Origin: Candidatus Moraniibacteriota bacterium
GTDB lineage: Bacteria; Patescibacteriota; Minisyncoccia; Moranbacterales; UBA1568
NCBI GenBank assembly: GCA_008012175.1
Contig: SSEF01000030.1
Coordinates: 1 to 59,835, forward strand
Direction: 5' to 3'
Length of the DNA: 59,835 bases
The notes below the pieces were generated by a model. The model was not told the DNA's origin and did no database searches. It worked only from the letters and a program-made list of their open reading frames with translations. The position numbers and the translations under genes were made by a program. This document shows, piece after piece, positions 54,390-59,835 of the stretch; the stretch's first letter is position 1, and each line of letters opens with the position of its first letter.

Positions 54390-54956
54390 TTAGGCGATGA
54401 CTTCGGCTTTCTTCTCTTCCGCCTTGGCCTCGACTGATTTCGGAGCGACTTCTTCCGGTTTGGTTCGCAGCTTCTGGAGCGCGAGGAGAGTTGCCTGGGC
54501 GACGTTCAGATTGTTCGAGCTCCCGAGCGACTTCGCGATAATATCCTTAGCTCCCAAGAGATCCATGACCGCCCGCACCGCACCGCCCGCAATGAGCCCG
54601 CGGCCCTTCGTAGCGGGCTTCAAGAGAACCTTGGCGCTCCCATATTTGGCAGTAACATCATGAGCGATTGAGCTCCCGGCAAGATCAACGGTGATCATGT
54701 TCTTCTTTGCAGCCTGGAACGCCTTCTGGATTGCATCCGAGACATCGCTCCCCTTAGCCACGCCTACACCAACCTTGCCTTTGCGATTGCCAATGACGAG
54801 CGTAGCCCGGAAACGGAAGCGGCGGCCGCCTTTTACGACGCGGGTAACGCGCGCCAGATTAAGCATTTTCTGGTCGTACTCAGGCCGTTCGCGGCGCTGA
54901 CCGCGCGCCCCTCCGCGGCGAGGCCGGCCACCTTTCATTTGTTCATTCGTCGCCAT
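54390..54956 (-). CDS. rpsE: 30S ribosomal protein S5 (with a Lys/Glu-rich C-terminal tail)
   Basis: 188 aa. RVTRVVKGGRRFRFRATLVIGNRKGKVGVGVAK. Confidence 0.95.
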   Translation of the reverse strand: MATNEQMKGGRPRRGGARGQRRERPEYDQKMLNLARVTRVVKGGRRFRFRATLVIGNRKGKVGVGVAKGSDVSDAIQKAFQAAKKNMITVDLAGSSIAHDVTAKYGSAKVLLKPATKGRGLIAGGAVRAVMDLLGAKDIIAKSLGSSNNLNVAQATLLALQKLRTKPEEVAPKSVEAKAEEKKAEVIA

Positions 54957-54978
54957 AAAGCGTTAGGTATTCAAAAAC

Positions 54979-55335
54979 TTACATTGTGATTCCAGACTCC
55001 CGGACCGATTCAGCTACTGCCTTCACCTTGCCATGATAGAGATATCCCGCCCGATCGAAAACCGCTCTTTTTACCCCGAGCTTGGCGAGACGATCGCCGA
55101 GAAGTTTCCCAATGGCAGCCGCCTCAACAACCGTATTCTTCCGTTTTTTTCCGAGCTCCTGGAAATTAGCCTGGGCGAGTGTCTTCCCCGAAAGATCGTC
55201 GATCGCCTGAACGGATACTCCCTGGAGACTACGATGAACCGCAACACGCGGGCATTCCGGTGTTCCCGAAATCTTTGCCCGGACCCGTGCATGGCGACGA
55301 GAACGCTTCTCAACTTTGTTATACATCTTCTTCAT
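54979..55335 (-). CDS. rplR: 50S ribosomal protein L18
   Basis: 118 aa. RRHARVRAKISGT...PRVAVHRS...FDRAGYLYHGKVKAVAE. Confidence 0.95.
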   Translation of the reverse strand: MKKMYNKVEKRSRRHARVRAKISGTPECPRVAVHRSLQGVSVQAIDDLSGKTLAQANFQELGKKRKNTVVEAAAIGKLLGDRLAKLGVKRAVFDRAGYLYHGKVKAVAESVRESGITM

Positions 55336-55352
55336 ACAGTTCTGATTCTCGA

Positions 55353-55889
55353 TTAGGCAGAGGCCTTCTTGCCTTCCTTACGGCGCACTTGCTCACCGAC
55401 ATAGCGGAATCCCTTCCCCTTGTACGGTTCGACTGGCTTGAGCTTCCTCACAACCGCTGCAAACTGCCCAACTTTTTGCTTATCAATACCTGAGAGGGTG
55501 AGAACATTGTTCTCAACCTTCGCCTCGATCCCTTCTGGCACATCCATCGTGACCGGATGAGAGAAACCAAGCGCGAGTGTCAGCTTCTTACCAGCTGCCG
55601 TCATACGGTATCCGACACCATTGAGCTCAAGCTGCCGAGAAAATCCGGTCGTCACGCCCTCAAAGAGATTCTTCACAAGCTTTGCAATCGTTCCCCACAT
55701 AGCTCCCGCCTGAAGCGAGCTTCCTTTTTTCTCGACAATGACCTGACCATCAGCAATCGAAATCGCGACATCGAGCGTATGTGTCAGCGTAAGCGTCCCT
55801 TTGGGGCCCTTCACGGAAAGTACATTCGCATGAAGCGATGCTTCACACTTGTCTGGGATCTGGATTGGCTTTTTTCCGATTCTGCTCAT
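55353..55889 (-). CDS. rplF: 50S ribosomal protein L6
   Basis: 178 aa from ATG 55889 (MSRIGKKPIQIP). GVGYR and PYKGKGFRY motifs. Confidence 0.95.
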   Translation of the reverse strand: MSRIGKKPIQIPDKCEASLHANVLSVKGPKGTLTLTHTLDVAISIADGQVIVEKKGSSLQAGAMWGTIAKLVKNLFEGVTTGFSRQLELNGVGYRMTAAGKKLTLALGFSHPVTMDVPEGIEAKVENNVLTLSGIDKQKVGQFAAVVRKLKPVEPYKGKGFRYVGEQVRRKEGKKASA

Positions 55890-55899
55890 ATTCGTAAAA

Positions 55900-56304
55900 T
55901 TACCAGGCTTGGCAAATATATTCCCCGCCGAGGTGACGTTTGTGTGCCTCAAGGCCAGTCATGAGCCCTTGGGAAGTCGAGATAATCGAGATGCCGTAAC
56001 CATTTTTGACTTTGACGACTTCGTTCTTTTTCACGTAGACCCGTCGCCCCTCCTTGCTGATGCGCTCGATTTCTTGGATCGCCGGCTCGCGCTTCGTAAG
56101 CGACACCTGACGGTATTTCAAACCGATAACGAGATCCTTCTTAATACCGTCCTCAGCGGTCTCGACGCTCTCGACGAAGCCCTCGCGCTTGAGGATCTCC
56201 GCGATCGCGAGCTTCATGCGGGAAGCTGAAACCACGACGCTGCCATGTCCGGCGCGCTGCGCGTTCCTGATTCGAGTGAGCATTTCTGCGATTGGGTCTA
56301 ACAT
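55900..56304 (-). CDS. rpsH: 30S ribosomal protein S8
   Basis: 134 aa. DPIAEMLTRIRNAQRA and GGEYICQAW. Confidence 0.95.
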   Translation of the reverse strand: MLDPIAEMLTRIRNAQRAGHGSVVVSASRMKLAIAEILKREGFVESVETAEDGIKKDLVIGLKYRQVSLTKREPAIQEIERISKEGRRVYVKKNEVVKVKNGYGISIISTSQGLMTGLEAHKRHLGGEYICQAW

Positions 56305-56335
56305 AATCTAGTGCTGATGTTTGAGGATCTCGTAA

Positions 56336-56521
56336 TTACCACGATGACTTCCTAACTCCCGGGATCTCGCCCTTACTCGCGAGCTCACGAAAGCAGATAC
56401 GACAGATATCGTACGCTCGGAGATACCCGTGCTTCCGGCCGCAGCGCCAGCAGCGACGCACGATCCGAGTTGAGAACTTCGGTGTCTTCTGCGAGCGAGC
56501 GTAGGTCGATGTTTTTGCCAT
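56336..56521 (-). CDS. rpsZ: 30S ribosomal protein S14, zinc-binding type Z
   Basis: 61 aa from ATG 56521. [23 protein letters not shown] (CxxC...CxxC). Confidence 0.92.
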   Translation of the reverse strand: MAKTSTYARSQKTPKFSTRIVRRCWRCGRKHGYLRAYDICRICFRELASKGEIPGVRKSSW

Positions 56522-56526
56522 AGGAG

Positions 56527-57093
56527 TTATTGGAGTGATGCTTCTTGAGTAACGGTCTGGAGCGGGAATCCGATAGCGCGGAAAAGGCATTCGCCAGCGG
56601 CTTTATCGTGAGCAGTGGTGACAATCGTGATCTGGAAACTGAAAATAGTCTGAACTTTTTCTGGAATAATCTCCGGGAACACCAGATGTTCCTTGATGCC
56701 GATATTGCAGTTACCATACGAGTCGATGGAACGGAGCGTGATGCCCTGGAAATCGCGGACGCGTGGGAGCGCTACGTGTACGAGCCGATCGAGGAAATCC
56801 CACATTCGTTTGCCCCGGAGTGTCGTCCGCATACCAACCTCGAGATCCTCGCGGATCTTGAAACCAGCGATCGCTTTACGCGCCTTGGTCGAGACTACTT
56901 TCTGGCCAGTAATCATCTCGAGTGAAGTCCGAATCTCTTCGATCCGATTACTTTCCTTGAGGAATTTCCCAACGCCGACATTCACGACCACACGATCGAT
57001 CTTGGGGAGCGCGTTCGGATTCTTCGTTCCGAGGAGCGCTGAGAGGGCCGGCAGGGCCTTCGCTTCGTAGTTGTGCTTGGTGAGAGATGACAT
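56527..57093 (-). CDS. rplE: 50S ribosomal protein L5
   Basis: 188 aa. [13 protein letters not shown]...AIAGFKIRE...RDFQG. Confidence 0.95.
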   Translation of the reverse strand: MSSLTKHNYEAKALPALSALLGTKNPNALPKIDRVVVNVGVGKFLKESNRIEEIRTSLEMITGQKVVSTKARKAIAGFKIREDLEVGMRTTLRGKRMWDFLDRLVHVALPRVRDFQGITLRSIDSYGNCNIGIKEHLVFPEIIPEKVQTIFSFQITIVTTAHDKAAGECLFRAIGFPLQTVTQEASLQ

Positions 57094-57099
57094 AGGAGT

Positions 57100-57408
57100 C
57101 TAATTGAGGTCTTTCCCTGATTTCTTGCTGACGCGGACTTTCTCGGTGCCGTTCATCCGGTAGCCGACCCTCGACGGCTTGCCCGTTTCCGGATCGATGA
57201 GCATCACGTTTGAGACATGGATCGGCATCGCGAGCTCGATACGCTCGCCCTTCTCGCCGCCCGTCTTCGCCTTCTTGTGACGCTTGCCCATGTTCGCACC
57301 TTCGACAATGACTTTGTTCTCGGCCGGAAGGACGCGGCTCACGGTACCGCGCTTGCCGCGGTCCTTGCCAGCTATCACCTCCACTTGGTCGCCTTTCTTG
57401 ATCTTCAT
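57100..57408 (-). CDS. rplX: 50S ribosomal protein L24
   Basis: 102 aa from ATG 57408 (MKIKKGDQVEVIAGKDRGKRGTV, KOW motif). Confidence 0.93.
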   Translation of the reverse strand: MKIKKGDQVEVIAGKDRGKRGTVSRVLPAENKVIVEGANMGKRHKKAKTGGEKGERIELAMPIHVSNVMLIDPETGKPSRVGYRMNGTEKVRVSKKSGKDLN

Positions 57409-57412
57409 AGTC

Positions 57413-57784
57413 TTAGAGTACTTCAGGGGCGAGTGAAACAATCTTCGTAAATCCCTTTTCGCGGAGTTCGCGAGCGATCGGTCCGAAAATGCGCGATCCC
57501 TTCGGCTCCTGAGTCGCACCTTCAAGGATCACTGCAGCGTTCTCGTCGAAACGGATATAGGAATTGTCCTTGCGCCGATACGCCTCTTTCTGACGAACGA
57601 TGACAGCCTTCACCTTATCACCCTTCTTCACGATACCGCGCGGCTCGGCGACCTTTACTGAGGCTACCACGATATCGCCAAGGCCTGCATAACGGCGGCG
57701 CGTGCCACCGAGCACCTTGAAGCACTCGATGACTCGGGCTCCGGTGTTGTCTGCGACGATCAGTCTGGATTCTGCTTGGATCAT
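57413..57784 (-). CDS. rplN: 50S ribosomal protein L14
   Basis: 123 aa. [17 protein letters not shown]...IRFDENAAV. Confidence 0.96.
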   Translation of the reverse strand: MIQAESRLIVADNTGARVIECFKVLGGTRRRYAGLGDIVVASVKVAEPRGIVKKGDKVKAVIVRQKEAYRRKDNSYIRFDENAAVILEGATQEPKGSRIFGPIARELREKGFTKIVSLAPEVL

Positions 57785-57805
57785 AGATCTTTTCTCGTGG
57801 GACGT

Positions 57806-58066
57806 TTATTCTGGCGTAACGATGTGGTGCTTGCCCTTGGAAATCGGCCGACACTCCCGGAACGTCACGACGGCGCCGAGCGCGTACTCCTTACCCTCTG
57901 TCTCAACCTTGTAGCGCTTCGTGGCCTGATACTGCTTCTTGTATTTTGGATGTGTCTTGAGCGTCTCGACAGCTACGACCACCGTGTTCTGCATGCGATT
58001 CGAAACCACCGTGCCTTTCCAGGTCGGAACGTTCTTCTGTTTGCTGGTGTTCGCTACTGCTGTCAT
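57806..58066 (-). CDS. rpsQ: 30S ribosomal protein S17
   Basis: 86 aa. GTVVSNRMQNTVVVAVETLKTHPKYKK. Confidence 0.93.
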   Translation of the reverse strand: MTAVANTSKQKNVPTWKGTVVSNRMQNTVVVAVETLKTHPKYKKQYQATKRYKVETEGKEYALGAVVTFRECRPISKGKHHIVTPE

Positions 58067-58089
58067 ACACGTATTAGATTCATCTTGGC

Positions 58090-58287
58090 TTAGTTCTGCT
58101 TCAGACCCTCTTCGCGTTCAAGCGTGAGAAGTCTGGCGATATCACGTCGTGTCTTCCGATGCTCGCTGTGCTGCTTGGAAGCGCGCGTCGCGAGATCAAA
58201 CCGGAGCCCTCGCAAACGGTCCTGGAGCTCGAGAAGCGTCTTCTCGCGTTCACCGACTGATTTTTCCCGCCATTCCTTTGCTTTCAT
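58090..58287 (-). CDS. rpmC: 50S ribosomal protein L29
   Basis: 65 aa. Position between rplP and rpsQ. LRGLRFDLATRASKQHSEHRKTRRDIARL. Confidence 0.9.
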   Translation of the reverse strand: MKAKEWREKSVGEREKTLLELQDRLRGLRFDLATRASKQHSEHRKTRRDIARLLTLEREEGLKQN

Positions 58288-58291
58288 AGAC

Positions 58292-58708
58292 CTAATCCTT
58301 TACAACAAATCGGCTTTTCACGGACAGCTTGTGGGCCGCGAGACGCATCGCTTCAGCTGCTGTTGCTTTCGGCACGCCATCGAGCTCAAAAAGCATGCGA
58401 CCAGCCGAGACTTTAGCAGCAAAGTGATCGGGCGTCCCCTTTCCCTTACCCATCGGAACCTGTTCGCCCTTCTTTGTAATCGGCGTATCCGGGAAAATGC
58501 GGATCCAGACCTTGCCACCGCGGGCAATGAATCGGGTCATAGCGCGCCGGGCTGCCTCGATCTGACGAGCAGAGATGATACCGCCCTCGGTCGCTTTCAG
58601 GCCAAAGGCACCGAAGCTGACCTTATCGCCGCGCGATGCAACCGTTCCGACGGGATTGTATCCACGCTGGACTTTGCGATGCTTCACTTTTCGGGGCATG
58701 AGGTTCAT
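58292..58708 (-). CDS. rplP: 50S ribosomal protein L16
   Basis: 138 aa. MPRKVKHRK...[11 protein letters not shown]...KVWIRIFPD. Confidence 0.96.
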   Translation of the reverse strand: MNLMPRKVKHRKVQRGYNPVGTVASRGDKVSFGAFGLKATEGGIISARQIEAARRAMTRFIARGGKVWIRIFPDTPITKKGEQVPMGKGKGTPDHFAAKVSAGRMLFELDGVPKATAAEAMRLAAHKLSVKSRFVVKD

Positions 58709-58732
58709 AACTGTCTTCTTCTCGTGTCTAAA

Positions 58733-59395
58733 TTATGCTTCCATTTTTTCTTCGAACTTCTCACCCTTGTAAATCCAGACCTTCACGCCGATCACGCCAT
58801 AGGTCGTCTTAGCCTCGTAGCGGGCGAAATCGACATCGGAACGGAGCGTATGGAGAGGAATTTTACCGCGGGACAGCCACTCGCGACGGGACATTTCGGC
58901 ACCGCCGAGACGACCAGCGATCTCGATCTTCACGCCGAGAATGGATTTGTTCGCCTCCACCTGGTCGAGCGTACCCTTGAGCACGCGACGGAACGGGGTA
59001 CGTTTCTCGAGCTGCTCGGCGACCTGCTGCGCGACGAGCATAGCGCTCTCTTCCATATGCTTCACCTCCTGAACCTCCACCTTGAGGTCGACTTTTTTAC
59101 CGGCGAAGAAACGCTTGCGGAGCGCGCGGGTGAGATCCTCGATACCAGTACCGCCACGGCCGATAAGAACACCGGGGCGAGAGGTACGGATAACGACGCG
59201 CATCATCCCTGTCGAACGCTCGATTTCGACTGAAGCGATGGCTGCGCTCTTCCACTGCTTCTCGATGAACGCACGCATCTCGACATCCTTCCGAAGGTTC
59301 GTGCGGAGACTCTTCTTACTATCAGCAAACCAGCGCGACAGCCAGTCAGCAGTGATCCCGAGGCGGATTCCAGTTGGATTGGTCTTATTTCCCAT
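58733..59395 (-). CDS. rpsC: 30S ribosomal protein S3
   Basis: 220 aa. MGNKTNPTGIRLGI...KH domain...GRLGGAEMSRREW. Confidence 0.96.
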   Translation of the reverse strand: MGNKTNPTGIRLGITADWLSRWFADSKKSLRTNLRKDVEMRAFIEKQWKSAAIASVEIERSTGMMRVVIRTSRPGVLIGRGGTGIEDLTRALRKRFFAGKKVDLKVEVQEVKHMEESAMLVAQQVAEQLEKRTPFRRVLKGTLDQVEANKSILGVKIEIAGRLGGAEMSRREWLSRGKIPLHTLRSDVDFARYEAKTTYGVIGVKVWIYKGEKFEEKMEA

Positions 59396-59400
59396 AACGC

Positions 59401-59829
59401 TTAGGCTTGCTTGTTTTCTGACTTCTTAGTGACTGTTTTCTTAGCAACCTTCTCTTTTGTATTCTTCGGAAGGACTGTTGTCTTGGCTGCTTTCGGAGCG
59501 CGCTCATCAAGGATTATCTTGATCTTCGAGGTGCGGCGAAGAATCGGGGTTGCCTGACCGAATGCCTTCGGAGTGAAACGTTTGAGCCGGATGCCGTCAC
59601 CAACGCGAACTTCTTTCACAAAAAGCGTTTCCTCAGCGAGCTGGAAGTTATTCTTGGCATTGGCAATCGCGCTCTTCAAGAGGACCGTGATCGGCTGTGA
59701 GCTGCGCTTTACCTGACGGCGAAGCTGGACCAAAGCGGCCGCCACAGGAAGGCCCACGATCGAGTGGGTCACCAATCGCACCTTGCGAGGGGCGATGCGC
59801 AGATTGTTCAGAGTTGCTTCAACGCGCAT
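59401..59829 (-). CDS. rplV: 50S ribosomal protein L22 (with a Lys-rich C-terminal extension)
   Basis: 142 aa. LRIAPRKVRLVTHSIVGLPV...VDEGPTLKR-like region (GDGIRLKRFTPKAFGQATPILRRTSKI). Confidence 0.92.
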   Translation of the reverse strand: MRVEATLNNLRIAPRKVRLVTHSIVGLPVAAALVQLRRQVKRSSQPITVLLKSAIANAKNNFQLAEETLFVKEVRVGDGIRLKRFTPKAFGQATPILRRTSKIKIILDERAPKAAKTTVLPKNTKEKVAKKTVTKKSENKQA

Positions 59830-59835
59830 AGGAGC

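Noticed and set aside
58124-59233. A 369-aa plus-strand ORF, with many other long ORFs of the same kind (for example 5263-5904, 38072-38782, 13194-13817, 10831-11346).
   Set aside because: They lie antisense to, or out of frame with, strongly supported genes (rplP/rpsC, pilO-like/pilN, ABC-2 permease, VOC, clpC). Their composition is low-complexity and Arg/Ser/His-rich, as expected of shadow ORFs in GC-rich DNA.
1-59835. Alternative genetic code (UGA recoding, as in some CPR lineages) and CRISPR arrays.
   Set aside because: Well-conserved genes (ribosomal proteins, secY, pilB, hsdR) translate full-length under the standard code, with no in-frame TGA interruptions, and end at ordinary stops. 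I saw no run of regularly spaced direct repeats with unique spacers anywhere in the window.

Overview
A 59.8 kb bacterial chromosome segment, coded almost entirely on the minus strand. The core is about mid-50s % GC by eye. All homology calls come from motifs I recognise by eye; no searches were run.

Gene content suggests a reduced Patescibacteria/CPR-like genome (inference only): a secretin-less type IV pilus operon, comFC, a T4SS-pilin-like LIPCG...CTLCH protein, a zinc-type S14, and no L30 gene after rpsE.

Layout, left to right:
- 1-7454: type IV pilus operon, pilM-pilN-pilO-like-pilB-pilT-pilC followed by two tandem pilin genes that share an identical 214-nt 5' block.
- 7593-12565: a surface protein (T4SS-pilin-like N-terminus, FN3 domain, Pro-rich tandem repeat), then clpC and comFC.
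- 12571-16107: seven small SRPBCC/VOC/DHFR-like/DUF genes.
- About 16.1-32.0 kb: an AT-rich genomic island ending at tRNA-Ser(GCU). It carries a ParB-methyltransferase fusion, a large serine recombinase, two HEPN-like genes and a nine-gene, gap-free type I R-M operon.
- 32.2-47.5 kb: housekeeping and efflux genes (HxlR/nitroreductase, pirin, RRM protein, two ABC exporters, MacAB-like pump, ECF sigma cluster).
- 47.6-59.8 kb: ruvX-map-adk-secY and the ribosomal-protein operon (rplV to rplO). A 3.1 kb block of secreted-protein genes (CHAP, CARDB-like) sits between rplO and secY.

The best candidate for an undescribed system is in the R-M operon. Between hsdM and hsdS lies a small 3-TM protein, a DUF1863/ThsB-like TIR-like protein and an unknown 201-aa protein. 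Between hsdS and hsdR, in the PrrC-like slot, lies an RNEASH-motif HEPN-like protein.
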